A program made the position numbers and the translations under genes. The notes under the pieces were generated by a model. It had not been told where the DNA came from. It did no database searches and saw only the letters and a list, made by a program, of their open reading frames with translations. DNA of 63,986 bases, filler included, from Stramenopiles sp. TOSAG23-6 (Eukaryota), in NCBI GenBank assembly GCA_900128565.1. It is 6 parts of 6 records of this genome, joined end to end, with 100 filler letters (N's around TTAATTAATTAA, not from the genome) between each part and the next. Parts side by side here need not be neighbours in the genome. Positions count along the whole stretch, not along the records: positions 42,843 to 53,433 come from LT636303.1; positions 53,534 to 63,986 come from LT636310.1; 4 more parts are not named here. One strand, given 5' to 3'. Positions 46,116-57,410 of this stretch are shown here, in pieces (the first letter of the stretch is position 1; the number at the start of each line of letters is the position of its first letter).

Positions 46116-47315
46116 ATGTCTCGAATGGTTTCCCGGAAAAGAACGAAATATGAAGAGGAGGTTTTCAACAAGGTATTTAGTGGACTTGGTCCCGCTCTTG
46201 TGATTACCAGCTGTTTATCGCTGAAAGATAGACTCTCNGGGAGAGTTGTATCAAATGATGATAACCGACCTTGGATGGTTGGTGTTGATTGGGGTAANGT
46301 GACTTGTGCTAAAACAGCTGGGCATGGTGACTTGGTTTTTATCAAATGGTTAAGAAGTCGAAGACCACCTTGTCCGTGGGATGAAGGTTCGTGTTGTGCA
46401 GCAGCTCACGGTGGCCACTTGGAAGTATTGAAATGGGTAAGGAGTCAAAATCCACCTTGTCCATGGGATAATTGGACATGTGAATATGCAGCTGAAGAAG
46501 GTCACTTAGAAATATTAAAATGGGTAAGAAGTCAAAATCCACCTTGTCCATGGTCTGTAGATACGTGTGCTGTTGCAGCTAAAAATGGTCACTTGGAAGT
46601 ATTACAATGGGTAAGAAGTCAAAATCCACCTTGTCCATGGACTAAATATACATGTGCTGTTGCAGCTGAAAATGGTCAATTAGAAGTATTGAAATGGGTA
46701 CGAAGTCAAAATCCACCTTGTCCATGGGATAGATATATGTGTTATAAGGCAGCTGAAAATGGTTATTTAGAAGTATTGAAATGGGTAAGAAGTCAAAATC
46801 CACCTTGTTCATGGTCTGTAGGTACGTGTGCTGTTGCAGCTCAAAATGGTCATTTAGAAGTATTGAAATGGGTAAGATGTCAAAATCCACCTTGTCCATG
46901 GAATTACTATACGTGTAGTGTTACAGCTCGTGAAGGTCACTTAGAAATATTAAAGTGGGTAAGAAGTCAAAATCCACCTTGTCCGTGGAGAGAAGGTACG
47001 TGTGAAAATGCAGCTCGTGAAGGTCATTTAGAAGTATTAAAATGGGTAAGATGTCAAAATCCACCTTGTCCATGGGATAAATATACGTGTGAATATGCAG
47101 CTAAAAATGGTCACTTGGAAGTATTGAAATGGGTAAGAAGTCAAAATCCACCTTGTCCGTGGGATTTTGTTACGTGTCTTTGTGATGCAATAAAAAATCG
47201 TCACTCAGAAGTAGTACAGTGGTTGATAAAGATGGGTGCTTCAGTAAAAGGTTTCGAACAAATCAAACAAGCAATAATCAAACAAAGCATGGTTATTCAT
47301 ACCATTAATAATTAA
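46116..47315 (+). CDS. Ankyrin-like repeat protein with ~11 26-aa CPW repeats
   Basis: (TC..AA..GHLEVLKWVRSQNPPCPW)n, 78-bp DNA unit. Confidence 0.92.
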   Translation: MSRMVSRKRTKYEEEVFNKVFSGLGPALVITSCLSLKDRLXGRVVSNDDNRPWMVGVDWGXVTCAKTAGHGDLVFIKWLRSRRPPCPWDEGSCCAAAHGGHLEVLKWVRSQNPPCPWDNWTCEYAAEEGHLEILKWVRSQNPPCPWSVDTCAVAAKNGHLEVLQWVRSQNPPCPWTKYTCAVAAENGQLEVLKWVRSQNPPCPWDRYMCYKAAENGYLEVLKWVRSQNPPCSWSVGTCAVAAQNGHLEVLKWVRCQNPPCPWNYYTCSVTAREGHLEILKWVRSQNPPCPWREGTCENAAREGHLEVLKWVRCQNPPCPWDKYTCEYAAKNGHLEVLKWVRSQNPPCPWDFVTCLCDAIKNRHSEVVQWLIKMGASVKGFEQIKQAIIKQSMVIHTINN

Positions 47316-47537
47316 ACAAAAGATAGATTTTGTTTATAAAAGTGTAAGTCAAAATAAATCATACTGATAAGTAGTATATATTTTTCAAAATAATAAAACA
47401 ACATTGACAATGTTTTGCCTTCTATTTTATAATTATTTTATGTTCGAACTTGTCCCATTTTATCTACTCATAAAACATGAAGTGGTAAATAAACGACTTA
47501 TTTTTCTCTTCCATTTCAAGTATGTGAAGAAATAATA

Positions 47538-48143
47538 TTATTCCTGGTTGCTACTGAAGAAGCCGACAAGCTCAGAATCTTCCATGGATTCTGTATATCC
47601 ACTCAAAACTCCATCTAATCCAAAAGTCAAATGTGTTGTGTCTAACCCAATCAAATCAGCATTTTCAGCTGGGAATTTTCCATAGCCACTGAGTTTCATT
47701 GTCCATATGCCATGTTGATATATCTTTATGTAACCGCGTACTAGTTCAAAAGCACTTCTGCCATATTGTGAATTATCATAGCGAACATAACTGCTATTGG
47801 TTGAATTTGTAAAAGAAGGACTTTGGCGAAGTGTCCACTTCAAAGCACCTTGTTGTATTGGAATGGTGTGCGTACCTCTAAAAGAATCATATTCACTACC
47901 TGATATTCCCCAAGCCCAAACTAATTGAGGAGATTCTATTGGTGGTTCCTCATTTTGTCGCGTTGCTACTTCTCTCATGTCAACTTCTAGGTCGTACACA
48001 TATCCGCCACCTGTCCAAACTGCAGATGCAATTCCATTAGGTAGAATCACAGCAGTGGGTAATGATGCTGTTGCTGGTAACGCCACTGGTGTAGTTGCTG
48101 TGTTATCTGACTGAATAGCTCGGCCTCTATTAAATTGAACCAT
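47538..48143 (-). CDS. Hypothetical protein
   Basis: 201-aa ATG ORF divergent from Obg; no recognised domain. Confidence 0.65.
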   Translation of the reverse strand: MVQFNRGRAIQSDNTATTPVALPATASLPTAVILPNGIASAVWTGGGYVYDLEVDMREVATRQNEEPPIESPQLVWAWGISGSEYDSFRGTHTIPIQQGALKWTLRQSPSFTNSTNSSYVRYDNSQYGRSAFELVRGYIKIYQHGIWTMKLSGYGKFPAENADLIGLDTTHLTFGLDGVLSGYTESMEDSELVGFFSSNQE

Positions 48144-48366
48144 TCGGCATAACTAGTTAATACTAGAAAATAATTTTAATTTCAATAGATTTTTTTGAGT
48201 TGTAGCACAAAAAGAGACAAAAAAGAGCGTTGCTTTCTGTCATCGGGTAAAAATTTTCAACGGATGAGCAGGTTTGTGTTTTTTATTCAGCTCGTTTCTG
48301 TCAACACGACAACAAGAACAAAGACTACCTCGTTCTTACAAGTAGTCTGAAAAAGAGCTTTTCATT

Positions 48367-50478
48367 ATGGTGAATATACGCATAATGTATGGAATATCGT
48401 CTTTTTCCAGACGTGGTTTATCTACAAATCACAATCGTTCTTCTTTATCATCTCTAGTTGATGTATTTTCTCAACTTAAACAGAAACTTTCAGCTCCTAA
48501 AGGTTCAGCAAACAATACAACAAAACACATTCGATCTGAACCAAATGTCACATCAACAGTACTAGAAAACAAAATGAATACAACAAAAGATACATCAAAT
48601 ACTAAAAATTCTATAATTTCTTCATTATATGAAACACGTATGTTTAAATATGTCTCTGAATATGTCGATAAACGTGCGAATTTAGTATTTGATCGCGCGG
48701 AAAAAGCGACCTCTCAAGCAGTTGCTAGTGGATTATCTGCCCGAGAAACTGCCGGTCATGCTGCGTCAGCGGCTGCGGATTTTTCGCTTGATAAAGATCC
48801 TAAAAATGTAGCGTTTGCTGCTGCATGTGCTCGTGCTGCTGCTGTAAGTGCAATGACTTCTCTTGGTCATGATAAGGATAGTATTGATACGCAAACTGTT
48901 GTAGATGCTGCTGGTGAATGGGTTGAACAAGGGAATCGTGGAGTTTCACCCATTCTTTGTCCAAATAATACACTTTCTTCAGATCAAATGATAATGTCAG
49001 TTCCAGAAATAGCTTATTTAGATGCACAGGAGGAACGATTACAAAGTAGAAGTCATAATTTTGAAACAGAACAATCAATATTAAATAGTAATGAATCATC
49101 ACAAATATCAAAATTAAATAGTAATGATTGGACGGCACCAGAACTTACTAAAGACGAAATATTAAATGCAAAATTAAGTAATAGCGAATGGACAGCTGTC
49201 GTATCAAAAGATGGTGCTCGGTCATATAAAGTACATGGAGGAATTGAGAATAAGGAAACTCAACGTTTTGTAGATCGAATACGAATTCAAGTAAGTGGTG
49301 GCTTTGGTGGTAGTGGATGTAATGCTTTTTTGAAATTTCATCAACCTGGAAAAAAAAGACCTGATGGTGGTAATGGTGGTAAAGGAGGGAATGTGATCAT
49401 TAAAGCCACAGAATCTTTGAAAATGTTGTCCCTTCCAAAGAGACATTTTAAAGGAAAACCTGGAGCGCATGGTAAAGGTGCAAAACGTCATGGTAAAGCA
49501 GGAAAAGATATTATTGTACATGTTCCTGTAGGTACTGTTATAAGTGAAGTTGATATTGAATATGAAGATATTTCGTGGGATGAAAACACAGAAGAATGGC
49601 TTGGTGGAGATGAAAAGGAAATTCTTCGAGTTGTCGCTGATCTTAGTGAACCTGGTGCTGAATATTTAGCTGCAAAAGGAGGACATGGAGGGATGGGTAA
49701 TGGTCGTTTCGCTGGAAGACAACATTTATTATCGGCCCAACAAAAACGTCAATTATATGGTTCAAATTCAAGCACTGATGTTCATCATGTCCAAGGTGAA
49801 GCTCCTGAACATTCTTTCCTCTCACTGGAAATGAAATCAATTGCAGATGTTGGTTTAGTTGGCTTTCCTAACGCAGGCAAGTCAACATTAATTCGTGCTA
49901 TATCGCGCGCAATGCCAAAAGTAGCAGCGTATAAATTTACTACTTTAACACCTCATATTGGTATCATTAATTTTGCTGATGGATTTACAATCTCAGTCGC
50001 TGATCTACCAGGTTTAATTGAAGGTGCTCATGATAATAAAGGTCTTGGGCATGAATTTCTAAGACATATTGAACGAACTAAAGTTTTACTATATGTTGTT
50101 GATGCTGCAGGTTCAGAGATGAGAAGTCCATCTGATGATCTTTCAGCTTTACAGTTAGAATTAGAAAAATATTCACCCTCATTAGCTAAAAAAAAAGCAA
50201 TGGTCGTCGCAAATAAATTAGATATCGATCCGTCTGTGTTTAGTACTGACAGTGATGAAAACACAATGAATAATGAGAACTGGGAAAATATTTGGAAAGA
50301 TCATCTTGATACGGATAAACGAGCACGTGTGTTACGTGATTGTACTTCTCTCCCAGTCATTCCAATTAGTGCATCTGAAAAAACAGGAGTTAGAAAACTT
50401 AGTCTAATGCTTAGAGCACTTGTTACTGCATCGTCGACATCGAATAATAATTACACAAATAATGTGGTGAAGCAGTAA
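48367..50478 (+). CDS. MTG2: Obg/CgtA-family GTPase (mitochondrial MTG2-like) with long N-terminal extension
   Basis: FVDRIRI..GGFGGSG, PDGGNGGKGG, IADVGLVGFPNAGKST, YKFTTL, ADLPGLIEGAH..GLGHEFLRHIERT, NKLD. Confidence 0.95.
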   Translation: MVNIRIMYGISSFSRRGLSTNHNRSSLSSLVDVFSQLKQKLSAPKGSANNTTKHIRSEPNVTSTVLENKMNTTKDTSNTKNSIISSLYETRMFKYVSEYVDKRANLVFDRAEKATSQAVASGLSARETAGHAASAAADFSLDKDPKNVAFAAACARAAAVSAMTSLGHDKDSIDTQTVVDAAGEWVEQGNRGVSPILCPNNTLSSDQMIMSVPEIAYLDAQEERLQSRSHNFETEQSILNSNESSQISKLNSNDWTAPELTKDEILNAKLSNSEWTAVVSKDGARSYKVHGGIENKETQRFVDRIRIQVSGGFGGSGCNAFLKFHQPGKKRPDGGNGGKGGNVIIKATESLKMLSLPKRHFKGKPGAHGKGAKRHGKAGKDIIVHVPVGTVISEVDIEYEDISWDENTEEWLGGDEKEILRVVADLSEPGAEYLAAKGGHGGMGNGRFAGRQHLLSAQQKRQLYGSNSSTDVHHVQGEAPEHSFLSLEMKSIADVGLVGFPNAGKSTLIRAISRAMPKVAAYKFTTLTPHIGIINFADGFTISVADLPGLIEGAHDNKGLGHEFLRHIERTKVLLYVVDAAGSEMRSPSDDLSALQLELEKYSPSLAKKKAMVVANKLDIDPSVFSTDSDENTMNNENWENIWKDHLDTDKRARVLRDCTSLPVIPISASEKTGVRKLSLMLRALVTASSTSNNNYTNNVVKQ

Positions 50479-50611
50479 ATATAATATAATATAATATAAT
50501 AAAAATGTAAAACACAAATAATGTGGTGAATGAAGCAGTAAAACACAAATTATAATATAATAAAAACAAAAACAAAAAAGAAGAATTTGATTTTTTTTTA
50601 ATTGGAAAAAT

Positions 50612-53378
50612 TTACTCCTTCTTTACATTGTCAGAAGGAGGGGGTGACTGAAGCGTCGGTGGAGGTGAATATCTATGTTGTATTGCATTTTTGTTTCCTT
50701 TGCTTTGGTGTTCAGTAGCCACATGACTAGTACTATTACTTTCATCTCTGGCCACCTTTGCATATTCTCCTACAGTATTTACATTTGTAACAATTTTCTT
50801 CTTTATAATATTTGGTTGATTTTTATCCCCCTTAGTTTCTTGAATGTTGACATCATTATCAACGTCTTCTTCTTCGGCTTCTTCTTCCATTTTGGTTGAC
50901 ATTCCCATTTCTTTATACGCTGCTTTTCTTTGCTTTCGAGATGGAGATGCCATTGGACCTGCAAAGAACATTCGATGACCGTGTCCTCCATCTTTCATTC
51001 CGGTATAACGACCCATAGGAGTTGCACCAATAGTTGTAGGTGTATCTAACATGAATCCACCTATCGCTCTGGGTGTTTCTCCACTAAAGTCGCGATAATA
51101 CATAGATCTTACAGAACCAAATGAATCACGCTTTTGAATACCACTATAAGGTGTATTTGGAAAAGAAATACCTCCATAACCAAAACTATTACTTCGTTGA
51201 GGAAAGGGAGCTGTATTTCTCCTTTGTCTCGGTCGTCGAAGTTTTCTTTCAGCTCTTCGAGCTACTGCTCCACTTTCCGCTGTCACACCTTCGTCTTTAC
51301 CTTCAAAATTGGAAGCACTCGGCATACTAAAACTTCGAGGTAACTTTCTTTGGTTTCCCGCAACAAAAGGTGACTGGTCAAATGGCTGAAACCCATATCC
51401 AGTAGTTTTGAGTACCCGAGGCGATGCAGATATTTTTAATTTATTGATAAGATGATCCGGGTTAATTCCAGACAAGTCAAAGTCAGATCCATAACCAGAT
51501 CCATATGCAACAGACGGTGGAGTGTGACTCAGTACACTCTCTCTAGGACTATTGCGCTGAATATTGCTAAATGTAGAAGATAAAACATTGTGGTAACTAT
51601 TTCCATATACCGTGCGCCGAAGTGTACTTGACATACTCTCAGCAATTGGTTGCTGTAAACCTGAGAAATTAAGTAAATCAGCTGCTTTCTTTGCATGGCG
51701 GCGAGATACTGATTTTCTAATTTGTTCATTTATCTTAAAGCTATCGTCATATGTATCATCATTTTCTTCTTCCTTTCCACCGAGATGTATATCATTCAAT
51801 TTATTACTAAAGAGTGATCGATTTTCAGCTAAATTCTTCCACATATTTTTACTTTTTTGTTGTTTATGACGTCGAAATCGCCGATAGCTTAGTTCTGTCA
51901 TGAATGTTTCCCGACCACGTTTGACTTTAAATGCAAGATAGAACATGTACAAAATGTACAGTGAACAAATACAAAAGCAAGCAGATATGTCAAAAGACGA
52001 AACATCTCCAAATGATTGTTTAAACCTCCATGCTATTATACTCTCCATATACAATGCTCCAATGTTGAGAAATCCCGCCATTATCATTTCATCAAATATC
52101 GTCAAAAAGGGAAGCTTTGGTAAACTATCATTGACAACGTAGAGAAATGCAAGTGATGAAAGTAAAAATGCACCAAGACAATCAAATCGATTCGTTGATT
52201 CTAAATCAAATACTGCAGTCGTCCAAGACATTGCAAGTATCAGGTTAAATATTACCATACATTTTTTTACATACCACTCACTACGCCTTCGAACCGGCAG
52301 AGATACTTCAAAACCTTGAACTCGAATGGCTAATCCATTCGCTACCTCAGATGCTCTTGATGGCTGAGGCTTTATACTTGATTGTCTTTTCATTTGTGGA
52401 ACTATTTGATTTAGTTTCCACTTTTGTTTTTTCTTCTTTATCGTTTTATCGTTATTTGCCAGACTATATACTTCATACTTTGTTTCCCCACTATCTTCAA
52501 ACATTCTCCAATCATCAAATGATGATGTATTCAAGTCGTCATTTGTTTCTATAGCACCATCAATAAAAATATTGTCCGTTTCGTTGGTAACTACATCACC
52601 CGAGCGTATACCACAAGCAAACTCAAATGTACTCGTTTGTTCAACATCAAAATTCCACTCCAACATTTGTCGAGATACTCTTGACTCTAGTGCATCACTT
52701 AAACTATCCTCCATAAATTGTGAGGGTCGTAAATGTGTAATAATTTTATTTATATCTAATGCTTCAGATATCCTAGCTCCATCAGCCGCTAGCGAAGGTG
52801 TTCCAAGACCGCTACCACATACAATAGTAAGAAAATGGCAATCAAAAGGGAAAATTTTAAGATTGAATTCATTTGCTATTGTACCTGAGTATGTGATTCG
52901 TTGTTGTAAATGACCAGTTGAATAATCAAAAGTGACTGTGTTATCTTCTACAAATAATTTGTCTCGGTTAATTATGTCAAAATCAGGTCTCCATGCAAAG
53001 CGACGGGCTTGAATCCTATCTATTTGAAGTGCTAATGCATCATTTCTACTCCTCGCGGTATCATCTCTCCTATTATCTATTTGATTTGTAATGTCTTCAG
53101 GTCTACTTGTATCTGGAGGTGTTGTTGATTGCGCAGATAACACAGAGAGACGAGACGGAGGACGACCTAAAGAATCATTATTCATTTCCGGGGGGGTTAC
53201 TGAGACTGATGAAGTTACAGATGAACGTGATGCTGAACGAGTTACATCCGTACCAGTGATAGGAGGTTTTGATAGATTAGATGGAAGACTCTCTGGAGGT
53301 GTAACTGAAACTGAGGAAATCACAGATGAGCGTGAAGCTGAACGTGTCGTTGTTGTTGCTGTTGCATCTACTCCAGTT
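50612..53378 (-). CDS. Pentameric ligand-gated ion channel-like (Pro-loop) protein, 5' end missing
   Basis: AWRPDF.IIN, FNLKIFPFDCH, VRRRSEWY, four TM helices with LPKLPFLTIFD; preceded by family acceptor AAATACAT ending 53379. Confidence 0.8.
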
Positions 53379-53433
53379 ATGTATTTTGAAAAAATATTTC
53401 AAAAAAAATCTAAAAAAAATCGTTAGGTACAAA

Positions 53434-53533
53434 NNNNNNNNNNNNNNNNNNNNNNNNNNNNNNNNNNNNNNNNNNNNTTAATTAATTAANNNNNNNNNNN
53501 NNNNNNNNNNNNNNNNNNNNNNNNNNNNNNNNN
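53434..53533. other. Artificial contig linker
   Basis: N-TTAATTAATTAA-N, 100 nt. Confidence 0.97.
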
Positions 53534-53591
53534 GGTACAAAATTTCGTACGAAAAAAATAAATTCGAAATTGAAAAAAAAATAAAACATAC

Positions 53592-54551
53592 ATTTTTCAT
53601 AATAATTGATTTTTGGATTTGTCCTTCTTCAACATTGTTTTCTAGCTCCCCAAGATTTTTGTTTTTGTTAGGGTTATCATCCACATTATGACTTTCAATT
53701 GTTTTACTATGAGATAGACTTTGATTTATAATTTCATTAGGGTTAGGGCTCTCACTCATTTTACGTTTTTTTTCTAATTCAGTTCCCAAAGTTTGACAAA
53801 CAGAATCTCTGACAAGTTCACTTTTGGTATGAGGAATGTATTATGGGAAATATTTTTTTTTTTACATTCGTTAGATACAAAATTTACTAGAAAAAAATTT
53901 AGGTGAAATATTCATATTCAATCCCACCCCCCCCCAAAAAAAAAAGAATTTTTTGTTGGGTAAAAAAAGTTTTTTGGAAAAAAAAAAATAATTTGAAAAA
54001 ATGATGAAAACATACCTAACATTTCGATCTGTAGTACACAAAAGCGGAAGCGATATCATTTGAACTTCATCTTCCTTATGAATAACTTGAAATTTACCTA
54101 TATTTCTTCTTTTCATCTTGTTATTTTGAGTAGTATAGTTTTTAACAGAAATAGAAGATTCTCCCCAACCAGCTTTATGAAGATATTCTAAAGAGACGCG
54201 AGATTTTTCATCTGCTATAGCAACAGCAGACTCAATATCTACTATTTTGGTATGTAGTAAATCTTTAGTTTGAGAAGTTGAATTATCCAAAATTTGTTCA
54301 TCTGAAATTTCCTCTGTCGAACTCACTTTTTTTCTACGATTTTTTATATATAAAGAATCTTCTTTCTGGTGTGTTGTTTTATGTGATGACAAAGACTTGA
54401 CATCAGATATAAGAGCAGCAAGCTGTTGTGCATTTGATTGAACAAAGATAGGCGCTGGTGTGATACACATAAGTAGAGCATCAACAGTTGTCGGACAAGA
54501 GATTGCTAATTTTGAAATAATATAATTAGGACAAACAAATCCTTTACCTTC
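53592..54551 (-). CDS. Internal exons of an HRDC-domain (Rrp6/EXOSC10-like) protein; exons 54551-54016 and 53835-53592
   Basis: EGKGFVCPNYIISKLAISCPTTVDALL...P.FV resembles the Rrp6 HRDC domain. Confidence 0.65.
53836..54015 (-). other. GT-AT intron (phase 2)
   Basis: GTT AG|GTATGTTTTC...ATAATACAT|T CCT in frame with ORF 53478-53789. Confidence 0.8.
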
Positions 54552-54641
54552 ATGGATTTTAGGAAAATATTTCAAAAAAAAATCGTTAGGTACAAAATTT
54601 CGTATGAAAAATAAATCGAAATTGAAAAAAATAAAACATAC
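54552..54641 (-). other. Family intron whose two flanks belong to different genes
   Basis: Phase-1 donor from PSI gene, phase-0 acceptor (AATCCAT|GAA) into HRDC exon. Confidence 0.7.
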
Positions 54642-55652
54642 ATTCTTTGACGTTTGTGATGAATTCATCACGAGTCGTAGTTCTTACAGTTGTAGGTAAA
54701 GGCTTCCCAGTATATGTATTGTGAAAAAAATATTTTTTTTTAAGTTGATAATAAAAACTTCGTTAGGTACAAAATTTCTATGAAAAATTATGGGAATTCC
54801 TGATGAAAACATACATGGACGATGTACTCCAATTGGTTTTTTACTCCTTGGTGGTGGCATTGGTGTTTTTTTTGTGAAACCAACTCTTTGATTCATGACA
54901 ATAAAAGGATCAAATGAGGAGGTTTTTACCTGAATAGCTTTTTCCCGGGCTCGTTTGAACAGAGATACATCAAAAAAAGTCATAAAAGCTGATTTGTTTT
55001 CATCTTGATTTTCATCTTGATTTTCATCTTGATTTTCATCTTGATTTTCATCTTGTTGAGTAGATTTGTATACTTCCATTGTCAAAGATCTCTCTGCCAT
55101 TTTGAATAGTCTAGTAAATAGGGCATACAAAGTCTTTGCAATCGTATATACATTGGCTTTATAAGGAGATTCATAAATTTCAATGTTATACTCTATGGAA
55201 CCTCGTGGGTTAAGTTTTTCCATGTTATTTTCTTCATATTTCAGTACTCTTTCCTCTAAATAAGTCAAACTCTTTTCAATGTCACGAAATATTTGCGGGT
55301 CTGGTGTAAACACATTTTTATTTTGATTCATGTATGAAAAATTATTGCATTTTTTGTGTTTAGAATTAAAACATTGGTATTGATTAGAATCCGAGGATTG
55401 TACCGGCAAAGCACACCAGCCACATGCAGTATGAGCTGCACAACTATCACATGTTTTGTATTGTTTGCAGTCAAATGATTTCTTTATATCATGAAAAGTC
55501 TGTTTAATTTTCCCTGCACAGTCTAGGGTAGAGCAATCCTTTTGAGACTGTGCTAATTTGAGGTACTTTGTCGACTTTGGTAAAGAAATATTTACACGAG
55601 CGCCATTAGAGATATGTACTACTAAAATTAAGAAGCATAGACAATAAAACAT
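54642..55652 (-). CDS. Secreted protein with PSI-like Cys-rich domain; exons 55652-54815 and 54713-54642
   Basis: Signal peptide, C..Y.TC.SC....ACGWC PSI motif, QDEN repeat. Confidence 0.75.
54714..54814 (-). other. GT-AT intron (phase 1)
   Basis: CCA T|GTATGTTTTC...ACAATACAT|AT ACT; the following 72-nt exon is open in this phase and has a stop in phase 0. Confidence 0.8.
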
Positions 55653-56351
55653 GGTAATAGTTTAAAGAATAAAACAACACTGATATGATGGATGTCTTGA
55701 TGTTATCACTTCAACAACTTTTAAAATGTTTAATGCTTTAAAGATTCGGTGCGTAATATTACGTAATATTATTATAATTGTGTTTTACACTTTTAGTCTT
55801 TTTAGAGCCATCAATCTCATTTCCAAAATCGAAACATCAAAAACAATAATAAAATCTCCGATCTAGCAGTTAGATTGAGAAAATGAACAGGTTTGTGACT
55901 AGATCCATTTTGGTTCTCTACTATTTATAATTGGAGGCTTCATCCATCTTTCAAAGGCAATAATTATGGAATTCATATCTCAAAGCTAACGGGTAATTCT
56001 AATGCACCAAGTGACCACAAAACAAAGTTGCTGAGATAACATGAATTAATACATTTTTTTATTACGTTTTATTAGTACAATTCAAAACCTTATTATCAGT
56101 AAGTATATATACTACAAGTAACTAAGTTTAACTTTAACCAGAGTTTCTGAGTAGACACAATGATATAAATAAAACTGATACATTTGACACACTACAAAGT
56201 TCGACATAGTTATTAATTTTGTTTTGTTTTTTTTTAGTACGAAAATGTGTACCTAACGAATTTTTCAATATTATTTTTGAAATTAATGATAAGATATGAT
56301 ACAAACAAAATAAAATTGCTATCTTTGACACAGACAGTTACATCAGAGTTT

Positions 56352-57221
56352 TCAATCTTCTGAGTGAATTGTTGAATCATTATCAATAATCATATTATCA
56401 GAATCATCTGGAAAATAGTGATTAAATGCGCATGTAATTTGCTCATCCAATATTTTGAGGTTCTTTTTCAATTTTGAAAGTTTCTCAGCATTGATTTGAT
56501 TTTCTGTACTCATTTTTGTACTTATTCGCGTTATCGTGAGCTCCAGTTGAGTCTGGACATTTGACAGCAAAGGAGACATTGTTTCACATGCATTATAAAG
56601 TATCTCACGGTCCTTTTCAGCATTTAATAGTAAGCCTTTATATTCAACGTATTTAGCTTTATTTGAAAAAATAACTGACTTCAACTTTGATATTTCTTGT
56701 GTTTTATTATCTTCATTAGTACAATCAGCTGGAGTATTAACTGGTAGTAAAAATGAAGAACGGATAAAATCTAGATTACGCTGAATTTTCGCAATATTGG
56801 AAGCGTTTATCTTCGAACTTGAAGTCCTGTGTTTGGCTAAATCATTTTCTCTTTCACCTGTGTTGGTTTCACTTTTTGATAGAAGTTGGGCTATCTCAGA
56901 AGCTAAATCTTTGACACGTGTATCAGTAGATTCCAACTGGGCTTGGAGATGCTTTGATTTGCGAAGTGCGCCGGATTTTTCTGCTTGACATTCCATGCGT
57001 ATTCGCTGCAGATCAAAAGACTTCTTTTGAGCCTTCTCGATATCGAGTCTTAATTCAGTAGACCTCGTGTGATTTCTCTGTTGTGCCGCATCGTCAGCTT
57101 TATGCTTAATTAATAACTGATGCGCGACCCTACGATGATCTGGTACGTAATTACTCGACAACATTTCGCTGATCAAATAGGTTGTTGTTTTACAGCAATA
57201 ATTATTTGCAGCAGCAACCAA
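56352..57221 (-). CDS. Coiled-coil hypothetical protein
   Basis: 289-aa ORF with heptad pattern; exact start uncertain. Confidence 0.65.
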   Translation of the reverse strand: MVAAANNYCCKTTTYLISEMLSSNYVPDHRRVAHQLLIKHKADDAAQQRNHTRSTELRLDIEKAQKKSFDLQRIRMECQAEKSGALRKSKHLQAQLESTDTRVKDLASEIAQLLSKSETNTGERENDLAKHRTSSSKINASNIAKIQRNLDFIRSSFLLPVNTPADCTNEDNKTQEISKLKSVIFSNKAKYVEYKGLLLNAEKDREILYNACETMSPLLSNVQTQLELTITRISTKMSTENQINAEKLSKLKKNLKILDEQITCAFNHYFPDDSDNMIIDNDSTIHSED

Positions 57222-57410
57222 TCATGTCACTTAGTTATTTTTAGATTGATTTGTAATCAATCCAATTTTTTTCTTCGGAGGTCTCTTTCTTCGGAGATTA
57301 TTTGCGATTTAGATTGCGATTGATGATCGTCAGTTTTTCTCGATTCCGTCGGTTACTTTTTTATATCTCTTAGCTATCTTACACCAATATTAAAACGTTG
57401 AATAAATAAC

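Noticed and set aside
46330-47200. CRISPR-like array
   Set aside because: In-frame 78-bp coding repeats without unique spacers; eukaryotic context, no cas genes
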